Shown here: positions 41,061-48,763 of the stretch, one piece after another
Layout: every line of letters begins with the position of its first letter
Numbering within the stretch: the first letter of the stretch is position 1
Assembly (NCBI GenBank): GCA_046483495.1
Contig: JAWODC010000067.1
Span: forward strand, 128,528-192,527
From: Desulfobacterales bacterium
GTDB taxonomy: Bacteria > Desulfobacterota > Desulfobacteria > Desulfobacterales > UBA5616
Length of the DNA: 64,000 bases
Direction: 5' to 3'
The notes under the pieces: model-generated
The model's database searches: none
Told to the model about the DNA's origin: nothing
Seen by the model: the letters and a program-made list of their open reading frames with translations, nothing else
Program-made: the position numbers and the translations under genes

Positions 41061-41156
41061 TTTTTCTTTGAGTGCGGGCAATCGTGGCCAATAGAACGAT
41101 TGCCTGGAGAATGAAACAGGCAAGCCCGAAACGGGCTGATTTGCTTGTGCACCTGA

Positions 41157-41231
41157 GCGGGAATAACTCAGTGGTAGAGTGCGACCTTGCCAAGGTCGAA
41201 GTCGCGGGTTCAAATCCCGTTTCCCGCTCCA
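41157..41231 (+). tRNA. tRNA-Gly (anticodon GCC), CCA encoded
   Basis: Manual cloverleaf: acceptor GCGGGAA/TTCCCGC, anticodon stem CGACC/GGTCG with loop TTGCCAA, T-loop GGTTCAAATCC, 3' TCCA. Confidence 0.95.
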
Positions 41232-41238
41232 TTTTTTT

Positions 41239-41313
41239 GGCGGCATAGCCAAGTGGTAAGGCAGCGGCCTGCAAAGCCGTTATTCACCAGTTCGAATCTG
41301 GTTGCCGCCTCCA
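41239..41313 (+). tRNA. tRNA-Cys (anticodon GCA), CCA encoded
   Basis: Acceptor GGCGGCA/TGCCGCC, anticodon loop CTGCAAA, T-loop AGTTCGAATCT, 3' TCCA. Lies 7 nt after tRNA-Gly. Confidence 0.95.
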
Positions 41314-41325
41314 TAATAAAAATAA

Positions 41326-41359
41326 GGGGTTTGCGATGAAAATCGCAGCCCCTTTTTTT
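41326..41359 (+). terminator. intrinsic terminator after tRNA-Cys
   Basis: GGGGTTTGCGA-TGAAAA-TCGCAGCCCC hairpin followed by T7. Confidence 0.75.
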
Positions 41360-41383
41360 GTGTTCGTCTGTCGATCAGCAACG

Positions 41384-41828
41384 ATCCCCCCCATCCCGGC
41401 CTTCCCCCTCCAGTGGGGAAGGGGAGTTGCTGCGCCGCGAGTCCACTGATCGTAGAGCCTTAATTTTCAACAAGTGAATAAAAGTGCCGTTCGCTTTTCT
41501 CACGGTTTGTCTTCGTCCGGGGGAAGGGGAGTTGTTGCGCTGTGAGTCCAAGGCGGCCGAGAAATTTGAAACGCAGGAACCCATTGAGTATTTTGAGAAT
41601 TAAAATTTCCCGGCCAATACCGAAATGGAGCGAATCAGCCATTTCCGGGCGGGCACTAATCAATCACCTACTATTCATTTGTCACTTAAACGATCCAAAC
41701 CCAAATTTTTAAGCGGCGCGAAGCAGCCGCTTGAAAATTTAATCGAAAGAGCGGGAAGTGGAATCATTGACAATTGCCGCTACATCTCCCCTTCCCCACT
41801 GGAGGGGGAAGGCCGGGATGGGGGGGAT
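41384..41828. repeat. 445-bp ORF-less element bounded by a perfect 43-bp inverted repeat
   Basis: 41384..41426 (ATCCCCCCCATCCCGGCCTTCCCCCTCCAGTGGGGAAGGGGAG) is the exact reverse complement of 41786..41828. Each arm contains its own hairpin (CCTTCCCC/GGGGAAGG). An internal 31-bp direct repeat sits at 41415..41445 and 41520..41550 with 3 mismatches. Confidence 0.85.
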
Positions 41829-41896
41829 TAAGATCCAATCCTCTTTAAATTAAAGTTTTTAGTCTTCAGCTTAAAGCTAAAAGAGACGATATAAAC

Positions 41897-42110
41897 GCCC
41901 CAATTCACGATTCATGATTTGATGCGTTCCGCTGCGCTCCACCTATCACATATTCCTTTCCATCAGGATCGGTATCGGGATCGTTTTTTTCTTTTTTAAT
42001 TTCGAAAGCGATCCCGATACCGATCCCGATCCCGATGGGAAGTGCGTGTGGAATGGTGGAGCGCAACGGAACCCATCGAATCGTGAATCGTAGTACCTGT
42101 CTTTTGGGGC
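41897..42110. repeat. 214-bp long imperfect inverted repeat (hairpin)
   Basis: The arms share GCCCCAA, TTCACGATTC, GTTCCG(C/T)TGCGCTCCACC and a perfect 17-bp core, GATCGGTATCGGGATCG (41967..41983) pairing with CGATCCCGATACCGATC (42009..42025). The loop is T-rich and 25 nt long. Confidence 0.8.
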
Positions 42111-42207
42111 ATTTGATGCGGACAGCAATGAATTACTGCTGTAACGGCAGCGTAATACAGTTTCGCCTGTATGGATTTTTTGCCGGCGAAAAGATTATCA
42201 AAAATAC

Positions 42208-42432
42208 ATGGTAAAAACCCTTTTTATACTTTTGGTCATATTCAATATTCTGGATATCTATCAGACCAAAATGCTTCTGGATTTAGGTGTTTCCGAATGG
42301 AATCCGATTATCAATTACGTAGGGGACAGGTTCGGTTTTTTACGTGGGGTGATCATGCTGAAATCGGTGTTTATAAGCCTGCTCGGGTTCGCCATTTACC
42401 TGAAATTCAGAGCATCCGGGGACAGCATTTGA
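42208..42432 (+). CDS. small membrane protein, DUF5658-like
   Basis: 74 aa. The segment FNILDIYQTKMLLDLGVSEWNPIINYV matches my memory of the DUF5658 pattern (N.LD...T...L..G..E.NP). No obvious RBS. Confidence 0.5.
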   Translation: MVKTLFILLVIFNILDIYQTKMLLDLGVSEWNPIINYVGDRFGFLRGVIMLKSVFISLLGFAIYLKFRASGDSI

Positions 42433-42563
42433 AAATCATCATATAAGGCGTTTCTCTATCCCCATGGCCGATAAAGCCTGCTATAAAAAGATTGATTCAA
42501 GTCTGTACACAATGACGACCCCACCGCTAAGCCGAGCCATACCGAACATACCGAACAAATCGA

Positions 42564-42592
42564 TTGACATCGAAACAGCCGTTTGCTAAAAA
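42564..42592 (+). promoter_or_regulatory. putative sigma-70 promoter upstream of the DUF1329 gene
   Basis: TTGACA, 17 nt, TAAAAA(T). Preceded by a tandem 9-mer, CATACCGAA x2 (42538..42555). Leaves a leader of about 240 nt. Confidence 0.3.
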
Positions 42593-42839
42593 TGGCGATA
42601 ATCCAACCCATGATGAAGAATGCCGTAGAACCTCGTCTTCGGTTATCATCGCTGACACGCCAACTGTAGCGCTACTGAACCTGTCTTTTTTCAACTCTTG
42701 AGCCGGTCATCTGTCGGGAAGGAAATCTTCGTTTCATTTCATCCGGCCTTCCTCGCTTCAGGCCATTTCTTTGCGCCGAATAAAAGCGGTGCGGGTACAT
42801 TTTCGTTATTCACCTAAAGTCAACCAAAGGAGGATCAGC

Positions 42840-44060
42840 ATGGGATTGAAACACTTTCGACGAATTCTGTGTTTGGCAACCGGTTTTTGGGTTTTGACGT
42901 GGGGCGTCCCCGACTTGATGTTTTCTGCGGAACCCAAACCCGGGGATGTCATCGATGCATCGAATGTGGACAGTTTTAACGAATACCTGCCGTTTTTCAT
43001 GATCGGAATGGTCAAGGACGGTTGGCAGTTTGTCGATCCGGTCGTGATCCATGTCACAGACACTACGGAAAATTTGCCGCCGAAAGCCTATATGGAGGCA
43101 ACGCAGAAGAATGGGGGAAAAACACATTTGAATGAAGACGGCACCGTTTCCGGCTACGAGACGGGGTTTCCGTTTCCCGATCCCCAGGAGCCGAATAAGG
43201 CCTTGAAGATCATGTGGAATCTCTATTACCGGTGGCGAGCGGATGATTTTCACTATCCCAGCGGATTTATCACGAACACCCAACGCTTTGGAGGCACCGT
43301 ATCTACAGGGGAAACGCTGATCACACAGGTGTATTACACCCACAGGACGGTCGTAGACCCGAAGCCGAACCTCGAAAATCCAAATAACCTTCATTTCGCG
43401 ATGACGTTAAACAGCCGCACCCCGCCGAACAAAGATATGATTACGCTGACCTGGCGGTACGAAGAACCCACCAGGCACGACGACATGTGGACATACATCC
43501 CACCCCTCCGCAGAACATTGCGCATGGTTTCCAGTGAAAGGGGAAATCCTGTTCGGGGAACGCCGTTTACATGGGATGATTTTTACGGGTTTGACGGGAA
43601 AATCCTGATGTTTCAGTATGAATTGACCGGCGAGCAGCGGGTGCTGGGCCTTTTTAACCAGAAGACACTTGCAGTGGGAAAATATAACAGGGGCTATCCC
43701 CATCCGGTTATCAGCGGCCGGGATGATCCATTCGAAATGCGGGAAGTTTTCATGGTCGATGCCGTCAGTTTGGATCCGCGCTATGCGGAATCCAAAAAAA
43801 CCATTTTTGTTCCCAAAGACCATTTCTATCCCATTTATACCCAGAGCTACGATAAGCAGGGAAATTTCTGGAAAGCCATGTGCAATGGTTTTATGAAGGC
43901 GGAAACCGCTCAAGGGGATACCGGATGCTGGTTGACCCAATCGTCGACAACAGATTTCAAAACCAAGTACTGGACCCAGAATATTCAACGGGACCTTTGC
44001 CTGAACTGCGACATCGATGTGGATCAGTTCGATCCGGCTATTATGGGGGTCGGTTTTTGA
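42840..44060 (+). CDS. DUF1329 domain protein (LolA-like outer-membrane lipoprotein-sorting family)
   Basis: Strong RBS (AAAGGAGG) before ATG 42840 and a signal peptide. Segments such as GYETGFPFPDPQEPNKALKIMWNLYYRWRADDF resemble DUF1329 proteins. Confidence 0.8.
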   Translation: MGLKHFRRILCLATGFWVLTWGVPDLMFSAEPKPGDVIDASNVDSFNEYLPFFMIGMVKDGWQFVDPVVIHVTDTTENLPPKAYMEATQKNGGKTHLNEDGTVSGYETGFPFPDPQEPNKALKIMWNLYYRWRADDFHYPSGFITNTQRFGGTVSTGETLITQVYYTHRTVVDPKPNLENPNNLHFAMTLNSRTPPNKDMITLTWRYEEPTRHDDMWTYIPPLRRTLRMVSSERGNPVRGTPFTWDDFYGFDGKILMFQYELTGEQRVLGLFNQKTLAVGKYNRGYPHPVISGRDDPFEMREVFMVDAVSLDPRYAESKKTIFVPKDHFYPIYTQSYDKQGNFWKAMCNGFMKAETAQGDTGCWLTQSSTTDFKTKYWTQNIQRDLCLNCDIDVDQFDPAIMGVGF

Positions 44061-44094
44061 ATTGCGTCAAAACGGGGCGCCGCTTTGTGAGTCG

Positions 44095-45342
44095 TTATGG
44101 ATTCCGGAGCAAGGCTCGTCTGAGCACATCCATGGCGGTAACGGCGAAGATTTCCTTGTTTCGCGAACGGCGTCCGAAATCCAGTTGATACCGTTTTGCA
44201 CTGTCGCCGTTCGGACCTGAAATCCCGATGCATACGGTGCCCACAGGCTTTTCATCGGTGCCGCCGTCCGGGCCTGCAATGCCCGTTGTCGAGATCGCCC
44301 AGTCGGCGCCGGAGACGGATCGGGCGCCCCTGGCCATCGATTCCGCTGTTTTTTCGTGCACGGCACCGAATGTTTCAAGAACGTCGGAAGATACTCCGAG
44401 AATGCGGATCTTGGATTCATTCGAATAGGTTACGCCGGAAAATAAAAAGTAGCGGGAACTCCCCGCCACGCTCGTCAGCCGGTGAGAAATCAAGCCGCCG
44501 GTGCAGCTTTCCGCAACGGCAAGGGTTTGCTTTTTTTCGACAAGCAGTCGGCCCACCACGGTTTCCATACAATGGCCTTTTGTGGACAGCAGGTAGATGC
44601 CCATCCGCTCCCGGATCCAAACGGTTGCTTTTGCCAGAGAGCGGTTCAATATTTCCGGATTTTCATTCCGGCCGTAGAGCTTGATATGAATTTCAGGGAA
44701 TACGGCACGGAGCCCCAGGGTCACATCAGGGAAGGCCGCGGAAAATGAAAAACATCGCTCATTCACCTCCGATTCCGGCAACCCATAGGTGGAGATGGTT
44801 TTAACGGCATATACGGCGGAGCTTCCCGCTATTGTCTTCATCTCGGGAATTACCGTGTCCCGCAGCATCTTTTTCATTTCAAACGGCACCCCGGGCATGA
44901 AGAAAAACCGGCACCGGTTGATCTGCATGGAAAATCCGGGTGCCGTTCCAACCGGATTGTGCAGCACCTTCGATCCCCTTGGGAGCAGGGCCTGTTTCCG
45001 GTTTGAGGGACTGATGTCCCGTTTTCGGGATGTGAAAAACGCCAGGATCATAGTGAGGGCTTTTTCGTCCGGAACGAGATCTACACCGGCGGCTTCCGCC
45101 GCAGCCTCCGCTGTGATGTCGTCCACCGTCGGTCCCAGACCGCCCGTGACAAGGGCGATATCCGCCCGGTGCGAAATCTCTTCCAGTACTCCGGCCACCA
45201 TAGTTTTATCATCCCCCACGCATCCATGCCGCGAGGCGGAAATGCCGGCTTCGCCCAATGCCTGGGCGATATAGGATGCATTGGTGTCTGTCACCGCACC
45301 GGATCGAATTTCATCACCGGTCGAAAGAATTTCAACAATCAT
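44095..45342 (-). CDS. cinA: competence/damage-inducible protein CinA (MoCF-like domain plus nicotinamide-nucleotide amidase PncC domain)
   Basis: MIVEILSTGDEIRSGAVTDTNASYIA..., LVTGGLGPTVDDIT, and a C-terminal ESCTGGL motif. AGGAGA RBS before ATG 45342. Confidence 0.9.
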   Translation of the reverse strand: MIVEILSTGDEIRSGAVTDTNASYIAQALGEAGISASRHGCVGDDKTMVAGVLEEISHRADIALVTGGLGPTVDDITAEAAAEAAGVDLVPDEKALTMILAFFTSRKRDISPSNRKQALLPRGSKVLHNPVGTAPGFSMQINRCRFFFMPGVPFEMKKMLRDTVIPEMKTIAGSSAVYAVKTISTYGLPESEVNERCFSFSAAFPDVTLGLRAVFPEIHIKLYGRNENPEILNRSLAKATVWIRERMGIYLLSTKGHCMETVVGRLLVEKKQTLAVAESCTGGLISHRLTSVAGSSRYFLFSGVTYSNESKIRILGVSSDVLETFGAVHEKTAESMARGARSVSGADWAISTTGIAGPDGGTDEKPVGTVCIGISGPNGDSAKRYQLDFGRRSRNKEIFAVTAMDVLRRALLRNP

Positions 45343-45417
45343 GTCTTCTCCTGAAGTAAACGGCACCGATCGGCTTTTGGTTTTGGGTTAGGTCCGCCTG
45401 CCATTATTTCCGACCCG

Positions 45418-46170
45418 TCATCCCAGCCACATTTTGAACCATTCTATCGTTTCCTCGAGGAATGCTTGCTGATGCTCCGGGTTGTTCATGGGATGGTCTC
45501 CACCGGTTTGAATCCGTATTTTTTTCGGGTCTCGTGCGGATTCAAAAATGCGGTGTGCATGCGCTACGGGGACGACGGGGTCGGCGTTTCCATGAATGAC
45601 CAGAATGTGGTGCAGCCCCGATAAAAAGGGCTGCAGATCGAACCGCAGCCCATCGGGATCGTATAGCGGGCCCATATTGCCGCCTGCATTGGGATCGGTT
45701 TCGATCACTGCGTTGATATTGCGGCTGCGAATGGGGGCGGCGTAAGTTGCCATGGCCGCCGGCTTCAACCTTTCGGCCGAAGCGATGCCTACGGCGCCTC
45801 CCATGCTGCTGCCGAAGAGGCCGATCTCCCCCAACTCATATTTTGACCGAACCGCTTTCACTGCAGCGGCCAGATCTTCCTTCCGCCCGGAAAGAGAGGT
45901 AACCTCCTTAAAGGTTCCGCCGCTTTTTCCGCATCCCCTGTGATCGAATCGAAAATAAGCAATGCCTTCCGCGACGCATCGCTTCGCCAAAGCGATCTGC
46001 TTGGGTGAATCCCCCGTGGCCATAAGTCCGTGAGACCCGAACACGATAGGGGGCCGGACCACCGGGGGAAGATGCAGCGTTCCTTTCAGCAAATACTCAC
46101 CTGACTGAAAAGCCAACTCGATAGGTTCGGATTCTCTGGGCATGGCGATGTGTCCTTGTTTTTGACCCAT
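45418..46170 (-). CDS. alpha/beta hydrolase
   Basis: Nucleophile elbow GSSMGG and a C-terminal His region (VIHGNADPVVP...GGDHPM). An alternative start is at 46143. Confidence 0.75.
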   Translation of the reverse strand: MGQKQGHIAMPRESEPIELAFQSGEYLLKGTLHLPPVVRPPIVFGSHGLMATGDSPKQIALAKRCVAEGIAYFRFDHRGCGKSGGTFKEVTSLSGRKEDLAAAVKAVRSKYELGEIGLFGSSMGGAVGIASAERLKPAAMATYAAPIRSRNINAVIETDPNAGGNMGPLYDPDGLRFDLQPFLSGLHHILVIHGNADPVVPVAHAHRIFESARDPKKIRIQTGGDHPMNNPEHQQAFLEETIEWFKMWLG

Positions 46171-46231
46171 TTACAACACTATGCAATTAGTATAAATAGG
46201 CAATTTTAGTCAATCGGAAAAAGGATTCGGA

Positions 46232-47620
46232 ATGACCATCAAAAAAGGACAAATTCTGCCGCTGGACATTGACGATATGGCATTGGGCGGGAAAGGAATT
46301 GCCCGCGTGGAGGGAATGGTAGTCTTCGTGGACCAATGCGTTCCCAGGGACAGGGTCCTGGCCCGAATCACGCGGAAGAAAAAGAATTATGCCGAAGCAG
46401 CGATCGTCTCCATTATCGAGTCGTCGCCCGTAAGAAGGGAGCCGCCGTGCCCCTATGCCGGGTTTTGCGGGGGATGCAAATGGCAGTTTATCGACTATGA
46501 AAAGCAGGTCGAGTTCAAGCGTCGTCACGTACAGGAAGCGCTGACCCATATCGGGTTATTGGACGATGTTCGTGTTCACCCGACATTGCGATCTCAAAAT
46601 CGGTTGGCGTATCGGAATAAAATGGAATTTTCGTTCTCCGACCGGCGATGGCTTCTTCCCCACGAACTGAATGACACATCAGCAGACCGGGATTTCGCCC
46701 TTGGTCTGCATGTTCCGGGAACCTTTCACAAGGTGCTCGATATACAGGCATGCCTGCTCCAACCGGAAACGGGCAATCGCCTGTTAAACGATGTAAACGA
46801 TTTTGTCAGGGCGTCCAAGCTGCCGGTATATGGCTTGAAAAGCCATGAGGGATTCTGGCGCTTTCTGATGCTGCGGCATTCGGCCCATTATGACCGGTGG
46901 ATGGTCAATATCATCACGGCTGCGGAACACCGCGCGGAAATCGCATCGCTGGCACGGATGCTTGCAGAAAAGCACCCCCGCCTGGCCTCGGTAATGCACA
47001 ATATCACGGCCAAAAAAGCCCAGATTGCGGTGGGAGACTACGAAACATGCATGTTCGGCGATTCGATCATCACCGACCGCATTGGTCCTTATGATTTCGA
47101 AATATCGGCCAATTCCTTTTTTCAGACCAACACACGGGGAGCCGAACAGCTGTACACACGGGTGAAGGATTATGCGGAACTGACGGGCAAGGAAACGGTG
47201 CTCGACCTGTATTGCGGCACCGGCACCATCGCCATATTCCTCTCAGCTCATGCACGGCAGGTCATCGGGATTGAAATCGTCGAGAGCGCAGTGGCGGATG
47301 CATGGCGAAACTGCCAAATAAACGGCATTTCAAACTGCCGGTTCATCCAGGGCGATATCAAGGCTTCTCTTTCCCTGTTGACGGAAACACCGGATGTAAT
47401 GATCATCGACCCTCCCCGGGCCGGCATGCACAAAGACGTGGTCAAACAGGTTCTGGATATGTCGCCCTCGAAAATCGTGTATGTTTCCTGCAACCCCGCC
47501 ACCCTGGCCAGGGATGTCGGCCTTATGAAAGACAGGTATGCCGTAACGGAAGTTCAGCCCGTGGATCTGTTTCCGCAGACCTTTCATATAGAAAGCGTGG
47601 CCAAGCTGAAAAGAATTTGA
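46232..47620 (+). CDS. rlmD: 23S rRNA (uracil-5-)-methyltransferase RlmD/RumA family
   Basis: N-terminal TRAM domain, Fe-S cysteines (CPYAGFCGGCKWQ), SAM motif DLYCGTGT and catalytic SCNPATLARD. Confidence 0.85.
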   Translation: MTIKKGQILPLDIDDMALGGKGIARVEGMVVFVDQCVPRDRVLARITRKKKNYAEAAIVSIIESSPVRREPPCPYAGFCGGCKWQFIDYEKQVEFKRRHVQEALTHIGLLDDVRVHPTLRSQNRLAYRNKMEFSFSDRRWLLPHELNDTSADRDFALGLHVPGTFHKVLDIQACLLQPETGNRLLNDVNDFVRASKLPVYGLKSHEGFWRFLMLRHSAHYDRWMVNIITAAEHRAEIASLARMLAEKHPRLASVMHNITAKKAQIAVGDYETCMFGDSIITDRIGPYDFEISANSFFQTNTRGAEQLYTRVKDYAELTGKETVLDLYCGTGTIAIFLSAHARQVIGIEIVESAVADAWRNCQINGISNCRFIQGDIKASLSLLTETPDVMIIDPPRAGMHKDVVKQVLDMSPSKIVYVSCNPATLARDVGLMKDRYAVTEVQPVDLFPQTFHIESVAKLKRI

Positions 47621-47804
47621 CGCAAAAATCAACTTTCGGGCTCATAACCGCGCGGTTTGGGCCATTCGATATATCAGCCGAAACCGGGCAAACATGATAT
47701 TGCCGGGATGTGATCACCCGGAGCTGATTCGTAAACCAGGGTATGAAGCTGCCGGCGATAATTGACTGCCTTGAGAATGTACGGTAGTGTTTAACAATTA
47801 GCGA

Positions 47805-47946
47805 GTGTCCATCCGGAAATAGGCAATTTCGCGTGAGTTCAAGGCGGGCGCGAGATCGAAACCGCAGGAATAGTGTGCTATTTTGAGGATTTCGATTTTG
47901 CGTCCAACGCAGAAATCGCGTAAAAGGGCCATTTACGGATGGACAC
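47805..47946 (+). repeat. 142-bp structured dispersed repeat, copy B
   Basis: Same orientation as 34107..34248, with 8 substitutions. It accounts for the spurious N-terminal extension of track ORF 47883..48731. Confidence 0.85.
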
Positions 47947-48032
47947 CAATGAGCGGTTTTTCTGTCCGGTCATATGTTCACGCATGCCGCGGATTGCATA
48001 AAACGCCCGGGGGAATGGCGGCGTATACACCC

Positions 48033-48731
48033 ATGAAAAAGGTTCCGTTCATCATCCTTGCCGATTTGCGAACCGGGTCGACCATGTTGTCCTCGACCCT
48101 GAATAAGCATCCGGACATCCGGTGCCTGGGGGAGCTGTTCCATTCATACGATTTTGCCGATAATTGGATTTGCGGGGTGGACCGATGCGAGCAGTCCGGC
48201 CGTGGTTTGATTCATTATGCGTTTGAATCGGATGAATACAGTGCGGTCGGATTCCGGGCCATGGTTTTTCTGCCGTTCAATGACAGACCGCAATGGTCGG
48301 ATAAATGGGATGCTTTGGAGGATACCCCGGATCTCAGGGTTATTTGTTTAGAGCGCAAAGACTATATGGCTCAGTATGCCTCATATCTCGTGGCCGAGAA
48401 AACCGGAAAATTCCATCCATCCCCTGAAGATCCCATCCTTCATCCCCAAAACCGGCCGGTTGTCAGGATAGATCCCGATGCATTTCGAACGTGGAGAAGC
48501 GAGCGTCGTCTGTTATTCCAAATGCGGGCAAAACAGCTTGGAAAAAAACCACAATTGCATATAACATATTCGGATCTTGCCGGAAATTGGCCGGTTACGA
48601 TAAATAAAATCCAGGAATTTCTGAAAGTGCTCCCTCATCCCCTGGAACCGGTCAAACAAAAACAGGAAAAACGAAGGTTGTCTGAGATCATTGAAAATTA
48701 CACCGAATTGGACCGGATAGGGTTGGTTTAG
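48033..48731 (+). CDS. sulfotransferase family protein (Stf0-like)
   Basis: PAPS 5'-phosphosulfate-binding loop (ILADLRTGSTMLSSTLNKHPDI). The start is uncertain: ATG 48033 was chosen, and ATG 47949 has a better GGATGGA RBS. Confidence 0.65.
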   Translation: MKKVPFIILADLRTGSTMLSSTLNKHPDIRCLGELFHSYDFADNWICGVDRCEQSGRGLIHYAFESDEYSAVGFRAMVFLPFNDRPQWSDKWDALEDTPDLRVICLERKDYMAQYASYLVAEKTGKFHPSPEDPILHPQNRPVVRIDPDAFRTWRSERRLLFQMRAKQLGKKPQLHITYSDLAGNWPVTINKIQEFLKVLPHPLEPVKQKQEKRRLSEIIENYTELDRIGLV

Positions 48732-48763
48732 ATTATTCCTTTCCGGGCGAGGAGGAACGGTTT

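Noticed and set aside
40942-41274. Minus-strand track ORFs 40942..41274 (110 aa) and 41046..41252 (68 aa).
   Set aside because: They run antisense through tRNA-Gly, tRNA-Cys and their promoter/leader. The tRNA cloverleaves explain the region, and neither ORF has an RBS or a family resemblance.
41415-41550. Possible CRISPR-like array, suggested by the 31-bp direct repeat GGGGAAGGGGAGTTG.TGCGC.G.GAGTCCA.
   Set aside because: There are only two copies, their spacing is 105 bp (a 74-bp spacer), no cas genes are present, and the repeat is the inner end of the larger inverted repeat.
41375-41831. Track ORFs 41375..41584 (-) and 41625..41831 (+), both ending in or containing PSPLEGEGRDGGD.
   Set aside because: The shared peptide is the 43-bp inverted repeat translated from each strand. 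The ORFs have no RBS and consist of repeat and low-complexity sequence, so they are treated as artefacts.
46950-46966. Sigma-54 promoter-like TGGCACGGATGCTTGCA. A second TGGCAC occurs at 63894..63909, after the sigma-54 activator gene.
   Set aside because: In the first, the GG-to-GC spacing is one nt too long and the site lies inside rlmD coding sequence. The second has TTGG instead of TTGC, the same off-by-one spacing, and no downstream gene within the window.
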